Source of the DNA: Eledone cirrhosa
Lineage: Eukaryota
Assembly (NCBI GenBank): GCA_964016885.1
Contig: OZ024766.1
Span: 5,580,001-5,644,000 of the forward strand
Reading direction: 5' to 3'
DNA length: 64,000 bases
A program made the translations under genes and the position numbers. The notes beneath the pieces were generated by a model. That model was given only the letters and a program-made list of their open reading frames with translations, had not been told where the DNA came from and searched no databases. Within the stretch, counting starts at the first letter, position 1, and each line of letters opens with the position of its first letter. This document shows, in pieces, positions 1-13,740 of the stretch.

Positions 1-440
1 TTCACACTGTAAAGTGGTCATGTAGGTGTCATCACAAAAAAACACCCAGTCCACACTGTAAAGTGGTCATGTAGGTGTCACAACAAAATGCACCCAGTCT
101 TCTCTATAAAGTGGTCATGTAGGTGTCACAACAAAAAGCACCGAGACCACTCTGTAAAAACAAAAAGCACCCAGTCTACTCTGTAAAGTGGTCATGTAGG
201 TGTCACAACAAAAAGCACCCAGTCCACTCTGTAAAGTGGTCATGTAGGTGTCATGACAAAAAACACCCGGTACTCACTGTAAATGAGGTTGGTGTTAAGA
301 AGGACATCCAGCCGTAGAAACTAAGCCAGAATCAGTTTTATATGAGCGAGACATGGTCACCTGACCTAGCATTGCTCATAAAGGACAACTTGTCTAACCC
401 ATGCTAGCATGGAAAAATGGACATTAAATGGTGATGATTG
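1..440 (+). mobile_element. 3' part of an RTE-tailed SINE/non-autonomous retroelement with 48-bp internal repeats
   Basis: 48-bp units (cacccagtccacactgtaaagtggtcatgtaggtgtc), then ttggtgttaagaaggacatccagc and the tail cccatgctagcatggaaaaatggacattaaatg. Confidence 0.65.
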
Positions 441-446
441 TTCCTA

Positions 447-551
447 CATTTTGGCACAAGGCCAGCAATTATCCCAGTGCATTACTGGTACTTTATTTTA
501 TCGACCCCGTAAGGATGAAAGGCAAAGTTAACCTCGGCGGGATTTGAACTC
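447..551 (-). mobile_element. SINE family 2 fragment (gcctttcatccttacggggtcgataaaat central domain, Nin-like)
   Basis: Near-identical copies at about 17960, 25375, 40876-41055, 47078-47260 and 51628-51815; B box gagttcaaatc. Confidence 0.7.
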
Positions 552-814
552 ATTAAATGGTGAGAATGATCATGATGATACTAATATATATACAGTAATA
601 TATACAATAATATATTAGATGTATATATATAATATATACAGTAATATATACAATAATATATTAGATATATATATATAATATATACAGTAATATATACAAT
701 AATATATTAGATGTATATATATAATATATACAGTACTATATATAATGTATACTCACAGTGAAGGTTTTCTTTTATGCATCTTAGTAGGTTTGTGAAGTTA
801 CAGCTGAAATATAC

Positions 815-850
<36 letters not shown>

Positions 851-954
851 ATTAAAATACTAGAGCGTGTTGGAGTTAAACACCCTCTTCGTATTATAGA
901 AATGACAGTAAAAGGTATAGCTCAATGTAATTAAACAGAGCCGAAGAATTATGA

Positions 955-1537
955 AAGTAAAACAAAGAAGCCTTCAATACATCAAAAGTCTTTATTAGCC
1001 AACAATGTTTCATCCTATTAAGGACTCATCAGGGCAATTAAAACAACAAGAAGTATTATCGGCCAATACAAGCCGAAAACTCCGAAGAATATGGAGTGTA
1101 CATACACTAAAGTATTGCAAGATTATGGGTAAAAATATATAATAAAAATCACTAAGGAGGTGTATAACATTTAGAACCATATTACAAATATAGTCCAAAG
1201 CAAAAAACCTAGAGCTAAACAAAGGTGGTTATATAGAGCAGGAATTATATATAATACTATATAATATAATATAATATAATTGTAACAATATTAAAATTAC
1301 AATAAAAATTAAAAGGTACAATATACATATATATATATGTACGCACACGTACATATATACACATATCCATCTTTAACAGCACAAATTAAACCTTATTAAG
1401 AGTTTAAATATAAATAAGCTTGTATTGGCCGATAATACTTCTTGTTGTTTTAATTGCCATGATGAGTCCTTAATAGGATGAAACACTGTTGGCTAATAAA
1501 GACTTTTGATGTATTGAAGGCTTCTTTGTTTTACTTC
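955..1537. mobile_element. Penelope-like element remnant with inverted terminal (pLTR-like) repeats
   Basis: ~120-bp inverted repeat (about 955-1075 vs 1418-1537); each arm carries a hammerhead motif (the plus copy at 1453-1497 has ATGATGA in place of CTGATGA); flanked by (TA)n. Confidence 0.55.
994..1038 (-). ncRNA. Type I hammerhead ribozyme motif (family A)
   Basis: Minus strand: attgcc CTGATGA gtcc ttaata ggat GAA ACATTGT T ggctaat. Confidence 0.7.
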
Positions 1538-1538
1538 C

Positions 1539-1581
<43 letters not shown>

Positions 1582-1652
1582 ATGTACATTTATATATGCA
1601 TGTATATGTACATGTATATATATGTACATGTATATATGCATGTATATATATG

Positions 1653-1683
<31 letters not shown>

Positions 1684-1885
1684 ATATACATAGATATATA
1701 TGTACATATACATATATATATACACATAAACATAAGTATATAGACCTTACAGAAATATATACATATTTTTATTTTATATACATATATAATTAAATAAATA
1801 TATATATATATACATATATAAATAAATAAATATATATATACATATATATATATAAATATATATATTTATTAAAATAACAGATTAA

Positions 1886-1936
1886 AGTTTAAGCAAAGAA
1901 TCGCTGCTTTCACCCTTAACGGGATCTTCTGAAACT
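1886..1936 (-). ncRNA. Hammerhead-like motif with one core substitution (family B)
   Basis: Minus strand: agttt CAGAAGA t ccc gttaa ggg t GAA AGCA gcgattctt TGCT T aaact. All three stems form, but the core is CAGA rather than CUGA. A partial copy lies near 58651-58715. Confidence 0.5.
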
Positions 1937-1970
1937 AACAAAGTCAATCTGTAAACGCAGAACTGTATAT

Positions 1971-2001
<31 letters not shown>

Positions 2002-3106
2002 CATATATAAATAAATAAATATATATATAAATATATAAATAAATAAATATATATATAAATATATATACATATATAAATAAATATATATATATAAATAAAT
2101 ATATACATATATAAATATATATATATATAAATAAATATATATATATACAAATAAATATATATATATACATATATAAATATATATATATACATATATAAAT
2201 ATATATATATAAATAAATATATATATACATATATAAATAAATATATATAGTATATACATATATAAATAAATAAATATATATATATATTATATATATACAT
2301 ATATAAATAAATATATATAATATATACATATATAAATAAATAAATATATATATATATTATATATATACATATATAAATAAATATATATAATATATACATA
2401 TATAATATATACATATATAAATAAATATATATATATACTATATATATACATATAAAAATAAATATATATATATATACATATATAAATAAATATATATAAT
2501 ATATACATATATAAATAAATATATATACATATATAAATAAATATATATAATATATACATATATAAATAAATAAATATATATATATACTATATATATAAAT
2601 AAATATATATATATATACATATATAAATATATATAATATATACATATATAAATAAATAAATATATATATATACTATATATATACATATATAAATAAATAT
2701 ATATATATATACATATATAAATAAATATATATATAAATAAATATATATAATATATATAAATAAATAAATAAATAAATATATATATATAAATAAATAAATA
2801 TATATATATATATATATATATAGTATATAGATATATATACATAGATATATATATATGTGTGTGTGTATATACTCACACAGGTGTCTGGTCAGGGTGTAGA
2901 AAGTTCATAAAAGTTGTGTCAACACCGCTCCACCACTATATAATGTAACATAGGGGTGGTTGCCATGGTGTCATGTGACACAAACTTCTTAAACCTCCCC
3001 CCCTTCCCAAATACTTTGACCTCACACATTTGCATATTCTAATGAGTTGTGTCAGCAGTGAAGTATTGGTTGAGAGGTGACAGATCTCTTCTGTGAAGTA
3101 TGTGTT

Positions 3107-3148
<42 letters not shown>

Positions 3149-3168
3149 CATGTATGTATATGTATATG

Positions 3169-3210
<42 letters not shown>

Positions 3211-3240
3211 CATGTATGTATATGTATGTATATGTATATA

Positions 3241-3274
<34 letters not shown>

Positions 3275-3277
3275 CAC

Positions 3278-3310
<33 letters not shown>

Positions 3311-3336
3311 CATTAATATATATACATTTATATATG

Positions 3337-3562
<226 letters not shown>

Positions 3563-3588
3563 CACATACATATATATTCACATACATG

Positions 3589-3624
<36 letters not shown>

Positions 3625-3933
3625 CATGTATGTATATATATATGTATATACATATATATATATGTATATATATACATAGATATATACATACATGTATGTA
3701 TATATATATGTATATATATATATATATATATACATATATGTATATATATATGTATATATACATATATGTATATATATATACATATATGTATATATAAATG
3801 TATATATACATATATGTATATATGTATATATATATACATATATGTATATATGTATATATATATACATATATGTATATATATATACATATATATATGTATA
3901 TATATATACATATATATATGTATATATATATAC

Positions 3934-3964
<31 letters not shown>

Positions 3965-3965
3965 C

Positions 3966-4044
<79 letters not shown>

Positions 4045-4388
4045 CATATATATATACATATATATATGTATATATATATATACATATATATATACATATA
4101 TATATGTATATACATATATATATATGTATATATATATACATATATATATATATACATACATGTATGTATATATATATATAGAGGGCAAAGGAACTCTTAA
4201 GAGTCAATGGCCATCCAAAATCACTGGGAGAGATGACCCCTTAGCCTTTGTCAAGGCAGAATTCTAGGAGAAGGAAAACTCTGATATAACACCTGCAACC
4301 TGCATTTTCAATGTGTGGTCCCAAACAACAATATCAGGCCGGTTGTGCTTTATATATGTATGTATGTATATATGTATATATATATATG

Positions 4389-4946
4389 TCTCATGGTCGG
4401 GTCGTTGGCGACTAAACTGGCAACCCCACCAAGGTTTCTTGGTGAGGAGGGTGACTTTGGACATCCTGCAGGACTAAAAACAAAACCTGTCAAAGGGCAA
4501 AGGAGCTCTTAAGAGTCAATGGCCATCCAAAATCACCGGGAGAGATGACCCCTTAGCCTTTGTCAAGGCAGAATTCTAGGAGAAGGAAAACTCTGATATA
4601 ACACCTGCAACCCTGATGGTATCCAATGATGTTGACTTGTTCTTCTTTTTGGTAAATATCATCTTGGTTAAGAGAGTGGGACTGGCTTTGTGATAGGCCT
4701 TTGCTCACTATAAAAGCTTCATGGCACAGGCATTGCTTTATATCTGGAGATCTCTCTGCACTTGTCATCACATGGTACCATGGGCCCAGCACTAAGTGTC
4801 AATAATTGTCACAGGTGTAGTGTTTGTACCAGAGTTTTCAAGTCGCTGGCTGGACTAAAAAGTCACACTTGTTCAGCGCATCGGTAGGGGTTCTCCTACG
4901 TCGATATAAAGTAGTGGCCGTACTCGAAAACGAGTTGGCAGCCACC
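4389..4946 (+). mobile_element. Non-autonomous interspersed repeat (~560 bp, resembles an RTE 5'UTR) inserted in (TA)n
   Basis: Copies at 4181-4300, 19446-20005(-) and 60476-60880(-); related subfamily at 5224-5526, 19045-19330(-) and 21413-21725(-); motif ggagaaggaaaactctga. Confidence 0.65.
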
Positions 4947-5520
4947 ATGTATATATTATTTCGGCTCCCTCTTGAGTGCTACTGGTAACATGTAACCGAG
5001 TACAACCTGTCGCATGGTCGGGTCAGGTCGTTGGCGACTAAACCAGCAACTCCACCAAGTTTACTTGGTGAGTAGGGTGACTTTAGACACTCTGACAAAG
5101 GGCGGAAGAACTCATAAGAGTCAACGGCCATCCGAAAGTGTGTAAATATGTATATACACATGTACATATGTATGTCTATGGGCTGGGACATAGAAATAGT
5201 TGGCCTGGACACCAGATCGCGCGGTTAAACCACTGGGAGTGAAGGACCCCTAGCCTTTGTCAGGGCATTCTTCTAGGAGAAGGCAACTCAGGAAACTGGG
5301 ATAAGTCAGATATAAAACCTGCGGCTCAGTAGTTACCGATGATGTTGATCTTTTCTTCTTTTCGGGTTATAGCTACTGTCTCTCAGAGAGTGGGATTGGC
5401 TCAGTGCACAGTCTTTCCTCACTTTAAAAAATATCTTCACGCACAGGCATTGCACGATAGAATTAATAATTATTAATAATGGTATATTGTGCAATGGCCA
5501 TACTCGATAACGAGGGGGAA

Positions 5521-5558
<38 letters not shown>

Positions 5559-5565
5559 GTGTATG

Positions 5566-5619
<54 letters not shown>

Positions 5620-5649
5620 ACACATATATATACATGTACATGTATATAT

Positions 5650-5693
<44 letters not shown>

Positions 5694-5706
5694 ATGTGTA
5701 TGTATA

Positions 5707-5739
<33 letters not shown>

Positions 5740-6199
5740 CTTTTATATCAGGGTTGTCTTAGTTTCATTGGTGTAAAGTAAAATGAACCCATGACATTAC
5801 TACCCTAAGTTCAACACCAACAAACTAACCCCTAACTATCAACAGGCACAGTCTGGTTGGTCGTTTGTAGCTACCATGCAGTAGCTAAAGTGTATAGAAA
5901 GACACACAACATAACATTGTATAAAATATTTATTTACAATAAATGCGCAGAAATATAAAAATATATGTAATAACAATTGTATCCCATTATATATATAGTA
6001 TATTTATATATGTATGTATAGATAGATAGTTAGATAGATAGATATAGATATATATATACATATATATGTACATATATACATATACAGAAAACTTGGAAGA
6101 CAATTCCCACTCATCAGCTCTCATCTAGAGATCATTATAGTTTCAGCTTTATAAGTCAGGACGATGGATTTATCTATGGATAGCTATTTCGGATGAAAA

Positions 6200-7260
6200 C
6201 ACAGCACAACGAAAAGCACCCAGTCCACACTGTAAAGTGGTCATGTAGGTGTCACGACAAACAGCACCCAGTCCACACTGTGAAGTGGTTGTGTAGGTGT
6301 CGCGACAAACAGCACCCAGTCCACACTGTGAAGTGGTTGTGTAGGTGTCACGACAAACAGCACCCAGTCCACACTGTAAAGTGGTCATGTAGGTGTCACG
6401 ACAAAAAGCACACAGTACCCACTGTAAAGTGGTCATGTGTCATGACACAAAGCACCCAGTACCCACTGTAAAGTGGTCATGTAGGTGTCACAACAAAAAG
6501 CACCCAGTCCACACTGTAAAGTGGTCATGTAGGTGTCACAACAAAAAGCACCCAGTCCACACCGTAAAGTGGTCATGTAGGTGTCACAACAAAAAGCACC
6601 CAGTCCACACTGTAAAGTGGTCATGTAGGTGTCACAACAAAAAGCACCCAGTCCACACCGTAAAGTGGTCATGTAGGTGTCACAACAAAAAGCACCCAGT
6701 CCACACCGTAAAGTGGTCATGTAGGTGTCGTGACACAAAGCACCAAGTCCACACCGTAAAGTGGTCATGTAGGTGTCACGACAAAAAGCACCCAGTCCAC
6801 ACCGTAAAGTGGTCAAGTAGGTGTCGTGACACAAAGCACCAAGTCCACACTGTAAAGTGGTCATGTAGGTGTCATGACAAAAAGGTCCCAGACCACACTG
6901 TAACGTGGTCATGTAGGTGTCACAACACAAAGCACCCAGACCACACTGTAAAGTGGTCATGTAGGCGTCACAACAAAAAGCACCCAGTCCACACTGTAAA
7001 GTGGTCATGTAGGCGTCACAACAAAAAGCACCCAGTCCACACTGTAAAGTGGTCATGTAGGTGTCACAACACAAAGCACCCAGTCCACACTGTAAAGTGG
7101 TCATGTAGGTGTCACAACACAAAGCACCCAGACCACACTGTAAAGTGGTCATGTAGGTGTCACGTCAAAGAGCACTCAAATAGGACAACCCGTCTAACCC
7201 ATGCTAGCATGGAAAATGGACATTAAACAGTGACCACAATGATGATGATGATGATGATAT
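6200..7260 (+). repeat. 48-bp minisatellite (~20 copies) ending in a retroelement tail
   Basis: Unit aaaagcacccagtccacactgtaaagtggtcatgtaggtgtcacaaca; followed by cccatgctagcatggaaaatggacattaaac and (atg)n. Confidence 0.9.
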
Positions 7261-7287
7261 GTGTGCATGTGTGTGGGTGTTTAGATA

Positions 7288-9108
7288 TCACTTCCACGGT
7301 GTTTCTCGCTTCAGTAACATGGATTGTTTGTAAACTATTTTCGCAGAGGTGTGTTGCTGGAGAAAAATATCAAACTTTGATTGTCGACACATGCTGTATT
7401 GTTGCGGGGGAAGGGTCAGGGAACAGATTTTACTGTGATAGATATGTACGAGGCCTCGATCTGGCGCACGGAACACGTCGAGGTTGCTTTTAACGCAGTC
7501 CTCGAACAGCTTCACGTCCTCTAGTCCCCACCCTTTGATATGCAGGTCGTAACCACCGACCCGCAGGAAGTCGCTCTTGTAAATCGACACCATCCCGTAA
7601 CCATAGTAACGCCAGAATCCGTCCTCATCTCCGAAGTGAAACGGCAAGCATTTTTTCTTTTTCTCGAGGAGGAAATTATATTCGTCGTCACCATGAGCGT
7701 TGTCTTCATTGTTGTTGTTGATGATGTTCATGTAGTCGGAGGGGGAACACTTTCCCGCCGATTTGTACTGGCTGAAATAGATGGGAAAGTAGACTCGTCG
7801 GTGTCTGACAGTGAAAAGTCTGACTCGGCGGAGAAACGAGCTGGTGAATACCATATCTATGTCCATAAACAATACAATGACGTCGTCTCGCTCAACAAGC
7901 CCGACCCCTATCTGCAGAGCCTTGGCGCGCGAAAATGCTTCCCTCCTGTTGACGGCTCGCAAAGACACCTTAGGGTGGTCGATGGCTAGACGATGAAGCA
8001 GCATCGCCCGTTCATTGTTGTGCGTCTTCGTGAAGATTAGGAAGATGAAACTGAGGTCGGTGTCCATGTCCGCAAGTACAGATTGCAACATGGTAAGGAA
8101 ACGACGGAACGCTTCGTTTCTTCCGGCCACTGGTACTATAACGCTGATGTGTTCCTTTGTTGCCGACGACGATGATGATGATGATGATGATGATGATGAT
8201 AACGAAGGCAATGACCGTTCATGAATCGTGTCCGAATCCGAGAGTAAATCGGAATCCGATTTGGAATTGGAAACCTCGGTTGTAAGAATTTGCTGGAACT
8301 TTTGGCCGGTCAAAAACATCAAACTAGTTTTCTTCTTTTCCTTGTTGTTACTGTCGTTGTTGTTATTACCGTTGTTGTTGTTGTTGTTGCTGCTGCTGCT
8401 TCCACCATTAAGAGAATCAATTGAAACATTTGCGAAGACATTCACGAAATGCCAGACCCCGTACAACGGCAGGAGATGTCTGTAAGAATGGTGGAACTTG
8501 ACTCCGCTCAGCAGAGGCGACATAAAGTTCAGTTCATGGAACAAAGCATCCAAGGAACTTTCCAAAGTCCTTAAAGAACCCTTAAGAAACAGCTTCTGCA
8601 CCGGAGATTTGTGGATGTTGTGTGTGGTGTATATGTAACGGTTGTTGGTATTTGCCCAATGAGAGTCGCCATCTTGAAATATTTGCGCTACGGTTCTAAC
8701 TTCGGCTTCGGTTCTGGCTGATTCCAGTTCCACTTCTGCTGCTGGACCTGCCCCTGCTGGTTTTTCTGCTCCTCCTCCTGCTGCTGCTGTCTCTACCGAT
8801 ACCCTGTCCTTGCGGGTCTGCCGTTTCCAACCCTCGAACTGTTCGCGGTAGTCAGCGACAAGGGACCTGCCGTGACCCAACACCGACACCATTTTCTCAG
8901 TGGCGGAGACCTCAGAATGGAAGTAGGAGCCGTGAGACAGCAACTCCTGCAGTTGTTGGAGCTTGAAGTACGTATATAGTTCCTGGAACTCCGGGCGGGG
9001 GACCTTCGCGGCAGAGAGAACGTCCGTCATTTTCAGCGACTCCACCTGACGATTACCTAATGAGTCCCTCTTTCGACAGCTGTGGCCCTTTTCTCTGTGA
9101 CTGTATCC
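7288..9108 (-). CDS. Divergent chondroitin synthase-like paralogue, last exon: intact GT7 GalNAc-transferase domain
   Basis: Polypyrimidine tract plus aag| acceptor in phase 0 (exact acceptor uncertain); ISVIVPVAGR, FSRAKALQIG, FMDIDM, VYFPIYFSQY, GFWRYYGYGMVSIYKSDF, GWGLED, HIYHSKIC motifs. Confidence 0.88.
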   Translation of the reverse strand, partial: GYSHREKGHSCRKRDSLGNRQVESLKMTDVLSAAKVPRPEFQELYTYFKLQQLQELLSHGSYFHSEVSATEKMVSVLGHGRSLVADYREQFEGWKRQTRKDRVSVETAAAGGGAEKPAGAGPAAEVELESARTEAEVRTVAQIFQDGDSHWANTNNRYIYTTHNIHKSPVQKLFLKGSLRTLESSLDALFHELNFMSPLLSGVKFHHSYRHLLPLYGVWHFVNVFANVSIDSLNGGSSSSNNNNNNGNNNNDSNNKEKKKTSLMFLTGQKFQQILTTEVSNSKSDSDLLSDSDTIHERSLPSLSSSSSSSSSSSSATKEHISVIVPVAGRNEAFRRFLTMLQSVLADMDTDLSFIFLIFTKTHNNERAMLLHRLAIDHPKVSLRAVNRREAFSRAKALQIGVGLVERDDVIVLFMDIDMVFTSSFLRRVRLFTVRHRRVYFPIYFSQYKSAGKCSPSDYMNIINNNNEDNAHGDDEYNFLLEKKKKCLPFHFGDEDGFWRYYGYGMVSIYKSDFLRVGGYDLHIKGWGLEDVKLFEDCVKSNLDVFRAPDRGLVHIYHSKICSLTLPPQQYSMCRQSKFDIFLQQHTSAKIVYKQSMLLKRETPWK

Positions 9109-9351
9109 CTTGAAGTAGAAGAAGAAAGAGATTAATCCTTTGGTTACCATATTTGGTGGTTGGAATATAACTTAACAAAGGTTTTTAGATAAATATAAAC
9201 ACTTTATGATGGTGTTTGGAACATAACTTAACAAAAGTTCTTACATAAAATTATGATGGAAGGATTTTAGATAAATATAAACACTTTAAGATGGTGTTTG
9301 GAACATAACTTAATGAAGGTTCTTAGATAAAATTACCATGACAGATGATGA

Positions 9352-9438
9352 TATACAGGGTGTCCCAGAAACATGTATACACACTTAAACAGCATTCTAA
9401 TAAATATGTGTATACATTTTTGGGGGACATCCTGTATA
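9352..9438. mobile_element. Tc1/mariner-type MITE in the intron of the paralogue
   Basis: ta-cagggtgtccc...gggacatcctg-ta inverted ends with TA flanks; a similar element lies at 15531-15612. Confidence 0.6.
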
Positions 9439-9523
9439 ATAGAATATAAGCGAAGATAAATTACAAAAAAAAGGAAGCATGTTGGTATTTGAACAAGTGA
9501 GAAGTGAAGCGGTGAAAACTTAC

Positions 9524-10388
9524 CTGGGAGTAGAAAAAGCACTGAACATAGGTGAGCTCACCAATGTGGAAGCGTGACATCGTAGCAGCTACGGCAGATT
9601 TGCCTCCCTTTTCTCCATCTCCGGGCTTGATGTCGGAGAACGAAGTCTTGTTTCTACATCTGTTAGTTTGTTGTTGTTGTGGTGGCAATGATCCATTGCT
9701 CTGGTCGACACACTCCTCTTTAACCCTCTCCACCCCGGCCACTACCTCCTCCTTCGACTCCAGCTTTATATTCCTCATCATCTGGTTTCTGTACATCTGC
9801 AGAGTCTCTGCGGTGACCACGATCCCTTCGACAAACTCGCAGTCGACGTCCCTGTCGCCGTCGTCAGCATCATCATCACCCCCGCCGCCAATATTTTTAT
9901 TATTATTATTGTTATCTTTATTATTATTATTGTTGTTGTTGTTGTTATTTTTATTATTATTATTATTGTTGTTATTTTTATTATTATTATTATTATTGTT
10001 GTTGTTATTATTTTTATTGTTGTGGCGAGGGACTCGATAATGTCGAATGCATCTTGCGTATCTTAGGTCATCCCACATTGAAGAGGAATTCATCGAGGAC
10101 ACAAGATCTTCACGCTTGTTCTGGGCCTCAACGATGAGCGGGCCACGTCGATCGACCGGTTTAACATTTGCATCTTCCCTCGGTCCACCTCCTGCCGCTG
10201 GCTGACCATGTGACTCGAGCCGCACGTAGTTGACGAGCATACCCAGCTTCGTCTCGTCCAATAGCATGTCCCCCGTCACTAATATGTACCCGTATTCGGC
10301 CTTGACCTGCTCTTGTTGCTGCTGCTGCTGCTGCGATTGTGGTTGTTGTTGCTGCTCCTGTTGTTGTTGCTGCTGCTGTTGTTGCTGT

Positions 10389-10425
<37 letters not shown>

Positions 10426-11371
10426 TTTCGTTGTTGCTGCCCTTAGCCAAAAGCATCCGAAATACTTTCTCAAAAGCCTCGTTTGCAGACAAACCCGCTA
10501 AGCCGTCCACACCCACCACCCATATGCTTCCATTGCCCGCAGCTACGCCCTCCATCTTCTTCCCTTTGCCCGCATCACCACCACCACCGCCGCCGCCGCC
10601 ACTCGCTGCTGCGTTCTGCCTCGACCACAAAGACGGGGGCGCCAAACCCAGGTCCTTCTTCCTCTGCGCCCTATACAGGCTCGAGTCTACAAAGTGCACG
10701 ATGGTGGCTTGATCGGGCAGGGGCGTGGTGTCTGGAAGGTTTGGTGGTGGAGCTTGGAGGGGTCCCCCGCCACTGTCCGTGGAGCGTTTCGTCAGCAGTT
10801 CCCTCCTCGATTTCTGCTCCTCGCGCCACCGGGGGTCGTGCGATAGGCTGAACGAAATCGGAGCGGTGTCACCCACATGCACAGCCGCAATAACAAACCC
10901 CAGGGGGCGCCCTTCCTCATCATCCCTTCCTCCTTTTCCTTCCTCCTTTTGTTGTTGTTGTTCTTGTTGTGGTGGTGGTGGTGGTGGTGGTGGTGGTTGT
11001 GATGGTGGTGGTTGTTGTGATGGTGGTGGTTGTTGTGATGGTGGTGGTTGTTGCTGTTGCTGTTGTTGTTGCTGTTGCTGCTGTTGTTGTTGTTGTTGTT
11101 GCTGTTGCTGCTGTTGTTGTTGTTGCTGCTGTTGTTGTCGCCATAGTAACATGAACTCCAGGTCCTTCTCCATGCGGGACATGATAGGGTCACAGTAGGC
11201 CATACTTCCGACGACACCCACCAGACACGAAGAGAGCAGCCCTCCAAAGAACCCAATCATCAGCCATATTAGAAAGGCACACTCCGAGGAGGACCACAGT
11301 TTCTTGATACATCGCATTCGACCCCTTTTCGGTGGTGCTTTCCTCTCACTGCGAGGATGAGCTGGCCCCAT
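9524..11371 (-). CDS. Divergent chondroitin synthase-like paralogue, first coding exon: membrane anchor plus degenerate GT31-like domain with homopolymer tracts
   Basis: 1.85-kb open frame with an acceptor tttcag| at 11395 and ATG at 11371; hydrophobic FLIWLMIGFFGGLLSSCLVGVV; remnant motifs FEKVFRML, YGYILVTGDMLL, EGIVVTAETL; CAG|gtaagt donor at 9524/9523. Confidence 0.75.
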
Positions 11372-11770
11372 TTTTCTCTGTACATTTGGGCTTCCTGAAA
11401 ATAGAGAAAAAAAAAAAAAAAAAGGGTTAACAATCATTTCCGATTTTGGCACAAGGCCAGCAATTTTTGAGAAGGGGAAAGTTGATTAAATCAACCCGTG
11501 TAGGCCCCATTTTTCTCTGTACATTTGGGCTTCCTGAAAATAGAGAAAAAAAAAAAAGGGTTAATCATTTCCGATTTTGGCACAAGGCCAGCAATTTTTG
11601 AGAAGGGGAAAGTTGATTAAATCAACCCCAGTGTAGGCCCCATTTTTCTCTGTACATTTGGGCTTCCTGAAAATAGAGAAAAAAAAAAAAAGGGTTAACA
11701 ATCATTTCCGATTTTGGCACAAGGCCAGCAATTTTTGAGAAGGGGAAAGTTGATTAAATCAACCTCAGTG
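11364..11770. repeat. Tandem triplication (~135 bp) spanning the splice acceptor and start codon
   Basis: ggccccatttttctctgtacatttgggcttcctgaaaatagag...aaatcaacc occurs three times. Confidence 0.9.
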
Positions 11771-12145
11771 TATTACTGGTACTTTGTTTTATTGACCCTG
11801 TGAGGATGAAAGGCAAAGCTGTAGAAATCAAGCCAGAATCATTTCCCGTCCCACCCTAGCAAGCAGGGAAAAAAACGGGACGTAAAATGAAATGATGATG
11901 ATGATGATATAATTGTCTTGTCTTTCTTTCTCCCTCTACTTCTCTTTCAAAGAAATCAGCTATGTTGTTCAGACCATGAGAACAGGATGCTTTGAAATAC
12001 CCATAACAGTATGTATGTCACTATGATGACTGACAAACCTATAACAACAAAAAGAGTACCTGGTCCTTTCTTAAGCATGTGTTCACACAAATATCCCAAT
12101 CCTGTATATTACCCATCAAAAACAAGTCAAGCATCACTTCTTTGA

Positions 12146-12889
12146 TCATCATCATCATCATCATCATCATTTTACGTCCACTTTTCCCCGCTTGCAAGGG
12201 TGGGACGGGAACTGATTCTGGCTTGATTTCTACAGCTGGATGCCCTTCCTAACACCAACCTCATTTACAGTGAGTGCTGGGTGCTTTTTTGCCGTGGCAC
12301 CTTCACGACCACTTTACAGTGAGTGCTGGGTGCTTCTTTTTGCCGTGGCACCTCCACGACCACTTTACAGTGAGTGCTGGGTGCTTCTTTTTGCCGTGGC
12401 ACCTCCACAACCACTTTACAGTGAGTGCTGGGTGCTTTTTTGCCGTGGCACCTCCACGACCACTTTACAGTGAGTGCTGGGTGCTTTTTTGCCGTGGCAC
12501 CTCCACGTCCACTTTACAGCGAGTGCTGGGTGCTTTTTTGACGTGGCACCTCCACGTCCACTTTACAGTGAGTGCTGGGTGCTTCTTTTTGCCGTGGCAC
12601 CTCCACGACCCCTTTACAGTGAGTGCTGGGTGCTTCTTTTTGCCGTGGCACCTCCACGTCCACTTTACAGTGAGTGCTGGGTGCTTTTTTGACGTGGCAC
12701 CTCCACGTCCACTTTGCAGTGGAATGATAGGGACCCCAGTCCCTATCATCTCATTTCTACAGCTGAGTAAACTGGAGCAACGTGAAATAAAGTGTCTTGC
12801 TCAAGGAAACAACACATCACCCGGTCTGAGAATTGAACTCACAACCTTTCAATTGCAAGGCCAATGCTCTAACCACTAAGCCATGTGCC
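12146..12889 (-). mobile_element. tRNA-derived CORE-like SINE with ~10 internal 48-50-bp repeats and an RTE-type tail
   Basis: A box tggcttagtgg, B box gagttcaattc, ccttgagcaagacacttt...ctgtagaaatg core, (atg)n tail. Confidence 0.8.
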
Positions 12890-12929
12890 TGAAGATATGT
12901 TTGGGTAAATGCTTATGGCTATCCTTGAG

Positions 12930-13740
<811 letters not shown>

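Noticed and set aside
9552-11256. Alternative-frame and antisense poly-C/L/T/H ORFs
   Set aside because: Shadows of the triplet repeats in the real minus-strand exon.
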